Made by a program: the position numbers and the translations under genes. Positions 10,906-21,102 of a DNA stretch of 49,957 nt are shown here, one piece after another. This DNA comes from an uncultured Syntrophobacterales bacterium (GTDB lineage Bacteria; Desulfobacterota; BSN033; WVXP01; G020346125): contig CBDUXJ010000001.1 in assembly GCA_965371165.1 (NCBI GenBank), forward strand, positions 1 through 49,957. The letters run 5' to 3'. The stretch's first letter is position 1. Every line of letters starts with the position of its first letter. The notes beneath the pieces were generated by a model. That model did no database searches. It was not told the DNA's origin and saw only the letters and a program-made list of their open reading frames with translations.

Positions 10906-11817
10906 TTACCCCATCAACCACTCCAGAATGGCCTTCTGAACGTGGAGCCGATTCTCCGCCTGATCCCAGACGATGGAATGGGTTCCGTCCATCACATCAT
11001 CGGTTATCTCCTCACCCCGATGAGCGGGCAGGCAGTGCATAACCAAAACCCCCGCTTTTGCGGCCTTGACTAAACGGGAGTTCACCTGATAATCCCTGAG
11101 ATCCCGAAGGCGGTCGGCGTGTTCATCCTCCTTTCCCATGCTAGCCCACACATCGGTATAGATGACATCCGTCCCCGATACGGCCTGGTACGGATCATGG
11201 ACCAGCTGAATCTCCGTCGCCGATTCCCTCCTGGCCCGTTCAAGGAGCGATGGGTCTGGCCCGTATCCCTCTGGACAAGCCAGGAAGAGCTGGAACTCCA
11301 ACCTGGCGGCGCAATTGATCCAGGAATTAGCTACGTTATTCCCATCCCCCACGTAAGCCACCTTCAACCCTCCATATCCACCCATCTTCTCCGTGACGGT
11401 GAAGATGTCGGAGAGAATCTGGCAGGGGTGAAGTAAATCGCTGAGCCCATTTATGACAGGAATGGTTGCATGCTTGGCCAACTCCTCTATGGTCTCGTGG
11501 GAAAATGTCCGTGCCATGACTCCATCCACGTATCTGGAAAAGACCCGTGCTGTATCCGGAACGGTTTCTCCGCGACTCAGCTGCATATCCTTAAAGTCAA
11601 GAAATAGGGCGTACCCTCCCAACTGATACATCCCCACCTCGAAGGAAACCCGAGTTCGAGTGGAAGCCTTCTCGAAAATGAGGCCCAGGGTTTTCCCCTT
11701 AAGGGGGGTATACGAAACTCCCTCCTTTTGTTTGGCCTTCAAGACGGTCGCCATCTCCATCAGATGATCGATTTCATCCCGGCTCAGGGAGAAGATACTG
11801 ATCAGATCCCTCTTCAC
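10906..11817 (-). CDS. argF: Ornithine carbamoyltransferase
   Basis: Carbamoyl-phosphate motif [13 protein letters not shown], plus the HPCQ and [10 protein letters not shown] motifs. The GTG start overlaps the argD stop (GTGA). Confidence 0.9.
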   Translation of the reverse strand: MKRDLISIFSLSRDEIDHLMEMATVLKAKQKEGVSYTPLKGKTLGLIFEKASTRTRVSFEVGMYQLGGYALFLDFKDMQLSRGETVPDTARVFSRYVDGVMARTFSHETIEELAKHATIPVINGLSDLLHPCQILSDIFTVTEKMGGYGGLKVAYVGDGNNVANSWINCAARLEFQLFLACPEGYGPDPSLLERARRESATEIQLVHDPYQAVSGTDVIYTDVWASMGKEDEHADRLRDLRDYQVNSRLVKAAKAGVLVMHCLPAHRGEEITDDVMDGTHSIVWDQAENRLHVQKAILEWLMG

Positions 11818-13025
11818 GACTCGGTCCCCCCCTTACATTCCCCGAGAATCCGGTCCAAAGCTCCTAAGAGCTGATCCACCTCTTTTGTGGTTACGATTAA
11901 GGGTGGCAAAAACCTGAGGACATTGCCCATGGTACAGTTGATGAGGAATCCCTCCTCCATGCAACGCATTACGATCTCGCTCCCCTCGAATCCCAGTTCC
12001 ATACCGATGATCAAGCCCCTTCCCCTTACCTCTTTAATGAAGGGGTACTTCCCCTTCAAATCCATGAGCCGGCTGAAGAAATGGCCTCCCACCCTTCTGC
12101 AGTTTTCCAAAAGGTCATCCTCCAACAAAGCCGATACGGCCGCCACACCCGCCGCCGTGGCCAAGGGATTTCCTCCGAATGTCGATGCGTGGGTCCCAGG
12201 GGTAAAGCTCTTCGCCACCTCGTCGGTAGCCAACATTGCCCCGATGGGGACCCCCCCCGCCAAGGACTTGGCCAAGGTCATGATATCGGGATATACTCCG
12301 TCGTGCTCATGGGCAAAGAGCTTTCCCGCCCTGCCCATGCCAACCTGGACCTCATCGAAGATCAAGAGGATCTCCTTCTCACGGCAAAGCTCGCGAAGAT
12401 CCCTCAAATATCCATCGGAGGGACAATTCACCCCCCCCTCCCCCTGGATGGGTTCCACCATAATGGCACACGTGTTGGGAGTTATCGCCCGGAGAACGGC
12501 ATCCATATCGTTAAAGGGTACGTATTTGAAACCGGGAACCAAGGGCTCGAACCCCTTCTGAATTTTCTCCTGGCCCGTGGCACTCATGGTGAGCATAGTT
12601 CTCCCATGGAAAGACTTCTCCATGGTAATGATTTCGAATTTTTCTGCTCGGCCGGTATCCTTTGCGTACTTCTTCGCCAATTTCATGGCCGCTTCGTTTG
12701 CCTCCGCACCGCTATTGCAGAAAAAAACCCTATCGGCAAAGGAGTTCTCGACGAGCAGTTTGGCCAGCTCAATTTGAGGCTCGATGTGATAAAAGTTGGA
12801 GACATGGATGAGCTTCCGCGATTGATCCTGAATAGCCTGAACCACCTTTGGATGGCAGTGCCCCAGATTACAGACGGCCAAACCAGCTACGAAATCGAGG
12901 TATTCCCTTCCGTCGCTGCTCCAGACCTTACACCCTTGGCCCCTGACTAATACAACGGGATACCGGGAATACGTGTTTGCGATATATCTCTGAGAATCGG
13001 CGATGAGCGTCTTTGTATCCGTCAT
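11814..13025 (-). CDS. argD: Acetylornithine aminotransferase (class III PLP)
   Basis: 403 aa. Motifs FFCNSGAEANEAAMKLA, LIFDEVQVGMGRAGK and STFGGNPLA. Lies in an arg gene context. Confidence 0.9.
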   Translation of the reverse strand: MTDTKTLIADSQRYIANTYSRYPVVLVRGQGCKVWSSDGREYLDFVAGLAVCNLGHCHPKVVQAIQDQSRKLIHVSNFYHIEPQIELAKLLVENSFADRVFFCNSGAEANEAAMKLAKKYAKDTGRAEKFEIITMEKSFHGRTMLTMSATGQEKIQKGFEPLVPGFKYVPFNDMDAVLRAITPNTCAIMVEPIQGEGGVNCPSDGYLRDLRELCREKEILLIFDEVQVGMGRAGKLFAHEHDGVYPDIMTLAKSLAGGVPIGAMLATDEVAKSFTPGTHASTFGGNPLATAAGVAAVSALLEDDLLENCRRVGGHFFSRLMDLKGKYPFIKEVRGRGLIIGMELGFEGSEIVMRCMEEGFLINCTMGNVLRFLPPLIVTTKEVDQLLGALDRILGECKGGTES

Positions 13026-13099
13026 CGAACTGGCTCCCCCTTGTGGTAAAAAAGGCGAAAAGAGAAGGAATTACCTCCTTCCCCTCCCCTCATCTTCTC

Positions 13100-13993
13100 T
13101 CATGCCCCTTTCCCTCTGTGTATCTGGGTTCCTATCCCTTCGTCGGTGAAAATCTCAAGGAGCAGGGTATGCTCCACCCGCCCATCGATGATATGGGTTT
13201 TTATTACGCCTTCTTGGAGCGCATTCAAACAACAGTGAACCTTTGGAATCATGCCCCCCATAATCACGCCCTTTTCGAGGAGCTTTCTTGCCCTCCCAAC
13301 ATCCAGGGTTCGAATCAATTCATCCCCTTCGTCCACTATACCCGGAACATCCGTCAAAAGGATCAGTTTCTCCGCCTTGAGGGCCGAGGCAATCTTTCCG
13401 GCAACTAAATCGGCGTTAATATTGTAGCTCTCCCCTCCCTCCCCGACCCCAACGGGGGCAATAACCGGGATGAAACCTCTCTCCTCCATGGCCAAAATGA
13501 TGGATGGGTTGACGGAGGCCACCTCGCCTACCATACCGATATCCACCGCTTCAGGAGGGCTTCCATCTTTCGTGTTCCTGTAGATGTTCATCTTCTTTGC
13601 AAGGATAAGCTGACCATCCTTTCCGCTGAGTCCCGCCGCTTTTCCACCATGACGATTGATCAAACCCACGATCTCCTTGTTCACCTTTCCAACCAGGACC
13701 ATTTCCACTACATCCATGGTCTCACTGTTGGTAACCCTCATTCCCTCGACAAACTCCGTCTTCTTTCCCATCTGGGCTAAAACCTTCCCGATTTGTGGAC
13801 CCCCGCCATGGACAATGACCGGATTGAGGCCGATGTATCTCATCAAAACGACGTCCAATGCAAAATTTTCTTTCAAGTCCTCGTCTATCATGGCATTTCC
13901 GCCGTACTTGATGACGATGGTTTTGTCGTAGAATTTACGGATATAGGGCAATGCCTCAATAAGAACTTTGGCCTTATTTATCGTATCCTCCAT
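13100..13993 (-). CDS. argB: Acetylglutamate kinase
   Basis: [10 protein letters not shown] ... [10 protein letters not shown] ... NINADLVAG are amino-acid kinase family hallmarks of ArgB. Confidence 0.93.
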   Translation of the reverse strand: MEDTINKAKVLIEALPYIRKFYDKTIVIKYGGNAMIDEDLKENFALDVVLMRYIGLNPVIVHGGGPQIGKVLAQMGKKTEFVEGMRVTNSETMDVVEMVLVGKVNKEIVGLINRHGGKAAGLSGKDGQLILAKKMNIYRNTKDGSPPEAVDIGMVGEVASVNPSIILAMEERGFIPVIAPVGVGEGGESYNINADLVAGKIASALKAEKLILLTDVPGIVDEGDELIRTLDVGRARKLLEKGVIMGGMIPKVHCCLNALQEGVIKTHIIDGRVEHTLLLEIFTDEGIGTQIHRGKGA

Positions 13994-14069
13994 AGGTCTA
14001 CCCGTTCATGGTATCCGGATCATAAAATGGACCGGATACGGGTTATTGCCTCCCTATTATCCACATCAC

Positions 14070-15452
14070 TCATAAGATATAACGGCTCAAATCCTCGTCC
14101 TCGATGAAATCCCTCAGTTTATCCTTCACGTAGGTGGAATCGATGGTGATCTTCTCCTCACGGGCTTCCGGAGCATCGAAGGAAATCTCGTCCAAGAGCT
14201 TCTCCATAATAGTATAGAGCCTCCTTGCCCCAATATTTTGGGTCCTCTCGTTGATGATTTGAGCTACCTCTGCGATCTCAGCTATGGCATCATCGGTAAA
14301 ATGTAATTCCACGGATTCCGTCTTAAGCAGGGCGGTGTACTGTTTTATCAGTGCATTTTGGGGCTCTGTGAGGATCCGAACGAAGTCCTCCTTCCCAAGG
14401 GAATTTAGCTCCACCCGAATGGGAAAACGTCCCTGGAGCTCCGGAATGAGATCCGACGGCTTTGATACATGAAAGGCCCCGGCGGCGATAAAGAGGATGT
14501 GGTCCGTCTTCACCATCCCATATTTCGTGGTCACCGTCGTTCCCTCGACAATGGGCAAAATATCCCTTTGGACCCCTTCCCTTGAGACGTCGGGACCATG
14601 TACGGATTCCCTTCCCGCAATTTTGTCAATCTCATCCAAGAAGATGATTCCCGATTGTTCTACCCTATCTATGGCCAACCTTACCACTTTATCCATATCG
14701 ACCAATTTTTGAGCCTCCTCGTGGCAGAGGATGGTTAAGGCTTCTGGGATTTTTACCTTTCTCGCCTTTCTCCTCTGGGGAAAGAGGTTTCCGAACATGT
14801 CCCTGATGTTGATATCCATCTCTTCCATGCCCGAGGCGGAGAAGATCTCCACCATTGGGAGATTTCTGTCCGCGGTCTCAATCTCGACATAGCGGTCGTC
14901 CAGTCTTCCCTCCTTCAATAACTGCCGCAACTTCTCCCTGGTTGCACCTTGGGTTAAAGGTCCTTCCTCGACGGGCCTTATAGAACCCAGGGGAGGGTTC
15001 TCCTCCACTTTTTCCTCCACTTTCTTCTCCATTCTTGGCCTTGGCAATAAGAGATCCAACAATCTCTCCTCGGCCAACTCCCGGGCCTTTATCTCGACCC
15101 TTCCCGTCTCCTCCCCCTTGACCATATTTACCGCCTGGTCGGTCAGATCCCTGATCATGGATTCTACATCCCTACCCACATATCCCACTTCCGTAAATTT
15201 TGAGGCCTCAATCTTCAGAAAGGGGGCTTGGGCAAGCCTGGCCAACCTCCTAGCAATCTCCGTCTTCCCCACCCCGGTAGGACCAATCATGATGATGTTC
15301 TTCGGCGCAATTTCATCCCTCAGCTCCTCGGAGACCTGTTGTCGCCTCCACCTATTCCGAAGGGCAATGGCCACCGACCGTTTGGCCTCCTTCTGTCCTA
15401 CGATATATTTGTCCAGTTCGGAAACAATCTCACGTGGAGTAAAGGTTTGCAC
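14070..15452 (-). CDS. hslU: ATP-dependent protease ATPase subunit HslU
   Basis: [33 protein letters not shown] and the Walker A motif [15 protein letters not shown]. Lies downstream of hslV. Confidence 0.95.
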   Translation of the reverse strand: MQTFTPREIVSELDKYIVGQKEAKRSVAIALRNRWRRQQVSEELRDEIAPKNIIMIGPTGVGKTEIARRLARLAQAPFLKIEASKFTEVGYVGRDVESMIRDLTDQAVNMVKGEETGRVEIKARELAEERLLDLLLPRPRMEKKVEEKVEENPPLGSIRPVEEGPLTQGATREKLRQLLKEGRLDDRYVEIETADRNLPMVEIFSASGMEEMDINIRDMFGNLFPQRRKARKVKIPEALTILCHEEAQKLVDMDKVVRLAIDRVEQSGIIFLDEIDKIAGRESVHGPDVSREGVQRDILPIVEGTTVTTKYGMVKTDHILFIAAGAFHVSKPSDLIPELQGRFPIRVELNSLGKEDFVRILTEPQNALIKQYTALLKTESVELHFTDDAIAEIAEVAQIINERTQNIGARRLYTIMEKLLDEISFDAPEAREEKITIDSTYVKDKLRDFIEDEDLSRYIL

Positions 15453-15479
15453 CGCTTAAACCTCTTCAGGTGATTTGGC

Positions 15480-16004
15480 TTATAATTCTTCGATGATGAT
15501 GTGGTTATTTGTATAGATACAGATGGATGCGGCGATCTTCATGGCTTCTTCAGCAATGGACTTGGCATCCAACTCGGAATGATCCACCAATGCCTTGGCG
15601 GCTGCATGAGCATAAGAACCCCCGCTGCCGATAGCGGTCACACCTTCGTCGGGTTCGATCACATCTCCAGTCCCCGATATGACCAAGGAGCAATCTTTGT
15701 CGGCGACGATGAGAAGTGCCTCCAGTCTCCTCAATATTCTATCGGTTCGCCATTCCTTGGCCAGTTCCACGGCAGCTCTCATAAGATTGCCGTTGAACTC
15801 TCCCAATTTCGACTCAAATTTTCCGAATAACGTGAAGGCATCAGCACTGGTTCCAGCAAATCCTGCCAAAACCCTGTCGTTATATATCTTTCTGACCTTT
15901 CTCGCCGTGCGCTTCATAATCGTATTCTCAAAGGTAATCTGTCCATCGCCCCCCATGACCACACGGCCTTTGTGCCTAACGGAAAGAACAGTCGTCCCCC
16001 TCAT
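15480..16004 (-). CDS. hslV: ATP-dependent protease subunit HslV
   Basis: [22 protein letters not shown] with the N-terminal Thr nucleophile context. 174 aa. Confidence 0.95.
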   Translation of the reverse strand: MRGTTVLSVRHKGRVVMGGDGQITFENTIMKRTARKVRKIYNDRVLAGFAGTSADAFTLFGKFESKLGEFNGNLMRAAVELAKEWRTDRILRRLEALLIVADKDCSLVISGTGDVIEPDEGVTAIGSGGSYAHAAAKALVDHSELDAKSIAEEAMKIAASICIYTNNHIIIEEL

Positions 16005-16094
16005 TTGCCGGCTCCTTGGAAGAAACGATTCATGACCCGTTTATTGTGTGCATGAGCATTATTTCAAGCGAACGATTTCCCCCCCAGGGAGAGG

Positions 16095-17024
16095 TTACGA
16101 GTTTCGTTTCATATTTCTCCAGCTCCTGGGGTGAGCCCTATCGTATACATCCGTCAATCCGTCTATGCTTACATGGGTATATTTTTGGGTCGTGGAAAGG
16201 CTCACGTGTCCCAATAATTCCTGTATATCCCTTAAATCCGCCCCCGAATCCAATAGATGGGTTGCAAAGGTGTGGCGCAGAGTATGGGGGCCAATGGTCT
16301 TTCCGAGGCCGCACTTTTTACCATATTTTTCCACAATGCGTCTCACACTCCGATCCGTCAATCTACCGCCTCGAGTATTGACAAACAGAGGGGACTCGCG
16401 ATCACTCCCCGAGGAGAGCCCCCTTCTTCCGAGATAATCTTCTACAGCCTCGATAGCCTTGGACCCGATGGGCACAATCCTCTCCTTCCTCCCCTTTCCC
16501 AAGACCTTTATGATGCCCAGTTCCAAATCGACATCATCACAATTCAATTGAGTGAGCTCCCCCACCCGAATGCCACTGGAATAGAGCAATTCCAGAATAG
16601 CCTGGTCCCTGAGACCGGGAGGATTCGATTTATCGGGCGCATCTAGCATCCTGAACATCTCATCAATGGTTAGCGTGCTTGGAATATACTTCTCGGTCTT
16701 GGGAGTGGTCACCGCCTTTGCCGGGTTCTTCTGGATGATTCCTTCCCTGACCAGGTATTGAAAAAAGGAACGAATGGAAGCCAACTTTCGAGCAATAGAA
16801 CTCCTCTTATTCGATCGAAAAAGGGCCCTGAGATAGATTCGGATGATATCACGATCAATTCGCGAAACGTCCACTTCCCCCGTTTCCGATTTCGGAAAGA
16901 GCCCGGATGCGGAGATGAACCCCTCCAAATGGGAGAGGTCATGGAGATAGCTCCGACGTGTATGCTCCGAGGCCCCCTTCTCTACGGCCAAATATTTCAT
17001 GAATTCTTCAATGAGATTCCGCAT
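16095..17024 (-). CDS. xerC: Site-specific tyrosine recombinase XerC/XerD family
   Basis: Phage-integrase catalytic signature: ...RVGEL..., HTLRHTFATHLL, LLGHVSLSTTQKYTHV. Its position just upstream of hslVU is typical for xerC. Confidence 0.75.
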   Translation of the reverse strand: MRNLIEEFMKYLAVEKGASEHTRRSYLHDLSHLEGFISASGLFPKSETGEVDVSRIDRDIIRIYLRALFRSNKRSSIARKLASIRSFFQYLVREGIIQKNPAKAVTTPKTEKYIPSTLTIDEMFRMLDAPDKSNPPGLRDQAILELLYSSGIRVGELTQLNCDDVDLELGIIKVLGKGRKERIVPIGSKAIEAVEDYLGRRGLSSGSDRESPLFVNTRGGRLTDRSVRRIVEKYGKKCGLGKTIGPHTLRHTFATHLLDSGADLRDIQELLGHVSLSTTQKYTHVSIDGLTDVYDRAHPRSWRNMKRNS

Positions 17025-17215
17025 TTAATCGCCTAAGAGTACAATTGAACATAAACTTATATCACAATGTTGGAAATAATCAATGGGAAAATCGGAAGCT
17101 TCGGGAATGTGTGCGAATAAAAATCACAGATTATGCCTGAATGCTATTGACAAAAGCGAAACACTTTTTTAAAAGAATTCTTTTGAATTATCACCCAAGG
17201 GAGGTTCAGGTTGAA

Positions 17216-17998
17216 ATGGCTAAGCGGGAAAAGGAAAGTTACGTTATTCAGTCTGTGACCAATGCATTAAATCTCCTGGAGGAGTTCAAGGGAGATCGGG
17301 ATGAACTTGGGGTGACCGAGCTGAGCAAAAGGCTCAACCTCCATAAGAACAACATTTTCAGGTTACTGGCAACCCTCGAGGCAAAGGGATACATCGAGCA
17401 GAATAAGGCCACCGAGAATTACCGGCTGGGTGTGAAAAGCCTGGAGTTGGGTCAAACCTTCATCAAGCAGCTTGGCTTGGTCCGTCAAGCCAAACCGTTC
17501 CTGAAGGAAATCGTTAAGGAATGCAATGAAATGGCTTATATCGGGACTATTCGGCAGAACTCCGTCGTCTATCTGCATGTGGAAGAGGCGGACCAAACGG
17601 TGAAGGTGGCCAATCGTGTCGGATGGAGGTTTCCCATCCACTGCACGGGCATCGGCAAGGCCCAGATCGCGTATGCATCCGAAGAGGAATTGGAAAAGCT
17701 GGGTATCTTAGACAATATGGAGAAGTTTACGTCCGATACCATCGTTGATAAGGTCGAGTTTATCAAACACTTGAAAGAGGTGGCTAAGCGGGGATATGCC
17801 ATCGATAATGAAGAATACAATCAGGGCGTAAGGTGTGTCGGTGTTCCCATCAGGGACTATACGGGAAGAATTGTCGGAGGAATCTCCGTTTCCGGGCCAT
17901 CCTTTCGCATGACCGATGAGATATTGCGGGGGAAAATTATTCCCGTCGTCAAAGAGGCCGGCGACAAGGTTTCCAAAAGGCTTGGATTTGGCACCTAG
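17216..17998 (+). CDS. IclR family transcriptional regulator
   Basis: N-terminal wHTH (VQSVTNALNLLEEF ... LGVTELSKRLNLHKNNIFRLLATL) followed by an IclR effector domain. I start at the ATG at 17216 (MAKREKE), downstream of GGGAGG, not at 17141. Confidence 0.85.
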   Translation: MAKREKESYVIQSVTNALNLLEEFKGDRDELGVTELSKRLNLHKNNIFRLLATLEAKGYIEQNKATENYRLGVKSLELGQTFIKQLGLVRQAKPFLKEIVKECNEMAYIGTIRQNSVVYLHVEEADQTVKVANRVGWRFPIHCTGIGKAQIAYASEEELEKLGILDNMEKFTSDTIVDKVEFIKHLKEVAKRGYAIDNEEYNQGVRCVGVPIRDYTGRIVGGISVSGPSFRMTDEILRGKIIPVVKEAGDKVSKRLGFGT

Positions 17999-18081
17999 AA
18001 GAGGACCCCCCCAGGAAAGGATTTTCATTTTCCCTTTCCTTTTCCCATAAACCATACTTCCTCCTTTTGCGTTTCTTCAGA

Positions 18082-18110
18082 TTGACTTTCAAGCGGGTTT
18101 CTTGTATAGA
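18082..18110 (+). promoter_or_regulatory. Putative sigma70 promoter of the dodecin gene
   Basis: TTGACT (18082-18087), a 17-nt spacer, then TATAGA (18105-18110). It lies about 45 nt upstream of the AAGGAGG/ATG of the dodecin ORF. Confidence 0.45.
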
Positions 18111-18156
18111 GATTTAAAAAGGGATCAACTTCATTTAACGTAAGGAGGTGTTGAAG

Positions 18157-18369
18157 ATGCCAGATCCAAGGGTTGCAAGGGTTACCGAAATCATAGCAGC
18201 ATCCCCTAAATCTTTCGACGATGCGCTCCATGTCGGTTTCGATCGAGCGACGAAAACCCTTCGGGGGATTACGGGTGTCCGTGTTGTAGAACAAAGGGTG
18301 GCCGTTGAGGACGCCAAGATTAAGGAATATCGGGTAAGAATGGAGGTTATCTTCGTCCTTGAGACTTAG
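18157..18369 (+). CDS. Dodecin family flavin-binding protein
   Basis: 70 aa. VARVTEIIAASPKSFDDALHVGFDRATKTLRGITGVRVVEQRVAVEDAKIKEYRVRMEVIFVLE follows the dodecin pattern. The ATG at 18157 lies 8 nt after AAGGAGG. Confidence 0.7.
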   Translation: MPDPRVARVTEIIAASPKSFDDALHVGFDRATKTLRGITGVRVVEQRVAVEDAKIKEYRVRMEVIFVLET

Positions 18370-18398
18370 TACGTCGGTTCACAAAGGTAGGCGAAGGG

Positions 18399-18437
18399 AA
18401 TTGGAGTTGGGGGATAATATCCCAGCTCCAATTTTTA
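18399..18437 (+). terminator. Rho-independent terminator after the dodecin gene
   Basis: 13-bp stem AATTGGAGTTGGG / CCCAGCTCCAATT with one G-U pair and a 9-nt loop, followed by a TTTTT run. It lies between the convergent dodecin and heptose kinase genes. Confidence 0.7.
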
Positions 18438-18471
18438 TCTCTCGGGAAAGGGAGCTTCCCGTGACTTCCCG

Positions 18472-19473
18472 TCATCGACTCCGATTGATCGCCTCCTTCA
18501 ACTCCTCCGGGGTTACCGTTGCCGTTCCCACCTTCCCCACGACAATTCCAGCCGCATAGTTAGCTACCACAGCAGCCTCTGAATAGCTGGCCCCTGCTGC
18601 TAAAACAAGGGCCATGACGCCGATCACCGTATCTCCGGCTCCTGTCACATCGAAAACTTCCCTGGCTGTCGTCTGAACGGGGAATTTCTTCTTCCTCCCC
18701 CGTTCAAAGAGGGCCATTCCGTGCTCCCCCTGGGTAATCAGGACAACCTCACAATTGAATCGATCCAGGAGTTTCGCCCCAACCTCCTTGAGAGACCTTC
18801 CGTCGACGATCTCGATCCCAGCGGCTAAGCTCGCTTCCTGACTGTTGGGGGCAACCAACGTAACATCTCGATAGAGATGGAACCGGCCGATCTTGGGATC
18901 AAGGAGAACAGGTTTCTTCTCTTGTTTTGCAATTTGGGTAACGGCTTTAACGAGCTCCTCCGTTACCACCCCCTTCCCATAGTCGGCAATGACCACCGTA
19001 TCTGCATGAGGGACCGTATCGCGAACATAGGAAATAAGGCTGTCCGCATATCCCTGGCTAAGGGATGTCTGGTTTTCACGGTCAAACCGCACTACCTGCT
19101 GACTGTGAGCCACGATCCGGCTCTTGACAGTCGTGGGTCGGCGGGGATCGATAAAAACGCCTCCCGTCGGAACTCCCCTTTCCTCGAGAAGGTTGAGGAT
19201 TTTCCTTCCCCTTTCGTCTCCCCCGACCAGTCCCGATAGAAATACTTGCCCTCCGAGGGACCGAATATTGTTGACTACATTGGCCGCTCCTCCCAGGAGT
19301 TGGGTCTCCTTTTTCACCGTTACCACTGGGACTGGTGCCTCCGGGGAGATTCGGTCAACCTTTCCCCAGAAATATTCATCCAAGATGATATCCCCCACTA
19401 CCAGTGCCGAAATCTCCTTGAAGCGGCTTACTATCCTATCAATGTCAATCTTTTCGATAATGGTTTTTTGCAT
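18472..19473 (-). CDS. hldA: D-glycero-beta-D-manno-heptose-7-phosphate kinase (HldE N-domain type, PfkB family)
   Basis: ALVVGDIILDEYFWGKVDRISPEAPVPVVTVKKETQLLGGAANVVNNIRSLGG and the C-terminal VFDVTGAGDTV are the RfaE domain I signature. No adenylyltransferase domain is fused. Confidence 0.8.
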   Translation of the reverse strand: MQKTIIEKIDIDRIVSRFKEISALVVGDIILDEYFWGKVDRISPEAPVPVVTVKKETQLLGGAANVVNNIRSLGGQVFLSGLVGGDERGRKILNLLEERGVPTGGVFIDPRRPTTVKSRIVAHSQQVVRFDRENQTSLSQGYADSLISYVRDTVPHADTVVIADYGKGVVTEELVKAVTQIAKQEKKPVLLDPKIGRFHLYRDVTLVAPNSQEASLAAGIEIVDGRSLKEVGAKLLDRFNCEVVLITQGEHGMALFERGRKKKFPVQTTAREVFDVTGAGDTVIGVMALVLAAGASYSEAAVVANYAAGIVVGKVGTATVTPEELKEAINRSR

Positions 19474-19549
19474 CGGTTTCCTCGCCCCTTATCGCCTTTT
19501 CAGGCTAGATTTCTCATCGCTCAAGCTATCCCTTTATATCAATGAAAAT

Positions 19550-20827
19550 TCATCCCCCTTCATAGAAATTCTTTATTTGGTCGACCACATACTCCTGCTG
19601 CTCTTGAGATAATTCCGGATAGATGGGAAGGGCCAGGGTCTCTTTCGCTGCCTTCTCGCATTCGGGCAGATTGCCTTCTTCATATCCGAGATACTCAAAG
19701 CACTCTTGGAGGTGCAGTGGTCGGGGATAGTATATCCCCGTTCCTACGCCTTTGGCGCGAAGGAATTCCCGCAGTTCATCCCGATGGTCAACACGGATGA
19801 CATATTGGTGGAATATATGTCTATTGCCATCCTCGACGACGGGTAAACGAATATCTCCGATGAGGCCCATCTCATCAAAGAGGCGATCATACCGTTCGGC
19901 GTTTCGGCAACGGGCCTCCGTCCATTGCTCCAGATGCAGAAACTTCACGCTGAGAATGGCTGCCTGAAGTTCATCCAGCCTGAAGTTACCCCCGATGATG
20001 TGATGATAGTACGCCTCTCGTCCACCGTAGCCTCTGAGGATCCTTATCTTTTCAGCCATTTCCTCCTTGTCGGTCACCACCATTCCTGCATCCCCAAATC
20101 CCCCTAAATTCTTCGTCGGATAGAAGGAGAAGCACCCCAGCTTTCCCATGCTTCCCGCTCTCCATGCCGTTCTTGGATCATGCCCGCTTGCGATTGATTC
20201 TTTCTCCGCCTCCTGGTCCGTGATTCCAGGCCCCGGCCGCCTTGCTGGCAGCCTCTTCGAGTAGTATATCGCCCCGATGGCCTGGGCTGCATCCTCGACG
20301 ATATCGAGCCGAGCTTCTTGAGCCATCTCCAGGATGGGATCCATATCAGCACATTGGCCGAAGAGGTGAACGGGAAGAATAGCCTTTATAAGACACCCCG
20401 TTTTCTTCTCCACTGGCTTGCCAGTATCTTTGTCCAAATCGCATTTTCCTTCCAGGAATTCCCTGAGCTTCTCGGGGGCCATGTTGTATGTGTTCGGGTT
20501 AACATCGACAAAGATCGGCGTGCCACCCACCCGGGCTATCATCCCAGCGGTGGCAAAAAAGGTAAAAGGACTTGTGATTACACCGTCTCCCTGCTCAAGA
20601 TCCAAGGCCATGAGCGAAACCAGAAGGGCATCGGTCCCCGAGGAAACACCGATCCCGTGGCCGACTTTGCAGTAGGCAGCGATTTGTTCCTCCAGCCTTT
20701 TGACGCTGGGCCCGAGGATAAACCGCTGGCTCTCGAAAACGACCTCCACGGCCTTATGCACCTCTTCCCTAATCTCCGCATATTGTGCCCGCAGATCGAC
20801 GAGCGGTACCTCCATTTCCATGAGCAT
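19550..20827 (-). CDS. DegT/DnrJ/EryC1/StrS family sugar aminotransferase (PLP)
   Basis: VPLVDLRAQY, GVSSGTDAL, and FSFYPTKNLGGFGDAGMV (catalytic Lys). It carries an extra ~33-aa insert before the Lys loop. The start may be the ATG at 20821. Confidence 0.85.
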   Translation of the reverse strand: MLMEMEVPLVDLRAQYAEIREEVHKAVEVVFESQRFILGPSVKRLEEQIAAYCKVGHGIGVSSGTDALLVSLMALDLEQGDGVITSPFTFFATAGMIARVGGTPIFVDVNPNTYNMAPEKLREFLEGKCDLDKDTGKPVEKKTGCLIKAILPVHLFGQCADMDPILEMAQEARLDIVEDAAQAIGAIYYSKRLPARRPGPGITDQEAEKESIASGHDPRTAWRAGSMGKLGCFSFYPTKNLGGFGDAGMVVTDKEEMAEKIRILRGYGGREAYYHHIIGGNFRLDELQAAILSVKFLHLEQWTEARCRNAERYDRLFDEMGLIGDIRLPVVEDGNRHIFHQYVIRVDHRDELREFLRAKGVGTGIYYPRPLHLQECFEYLGYEEGNLPECEKAAKETLALPIYPELSQEQQEYVVDQIKNFYEGG

Positions 20828-21102
20828 CCCCTTAAACCGGTAATACGCCCCCTTCGTGGCTCAGGCGACGTAATCCCCAGTAACTCCACGTGGCAATAAA
20901 GGCATGTCACCCCAACTGGACCACGTATTGATACAAGCAATCAAGTCTTCAAGCCTTAATGACCTCCAAAAATACATCGGGCCCCCCAATCTCAAGGGAA
21001 CATTGTAATCCTCGGGATAGTATTCTCTCAACACTTCTAAAACGGGTAACGAGATTAATGTCGATCGGACCCGCACACTTTACAGGGTATCGATCTCACT
21101 GC

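Noticed and set aside
12081-12950. Long plus-strand ORFs antisense to well-supported genes, for example the 289 aa opposite argD. The same applies to 11887-12561, 8724-9452 (opposite leuS), 26323-26997 (opposite the kinase) and 4358-4918 (opposite murJ).
   Set aside because: Each lies entirely within, and opposite to, a gene with unmistakable family motifs. Their translations are low-complexity (P/G/R/S/L rich) with no recognisable motifs. This is the usual antisense open-frame artefact of codon-biased genes.
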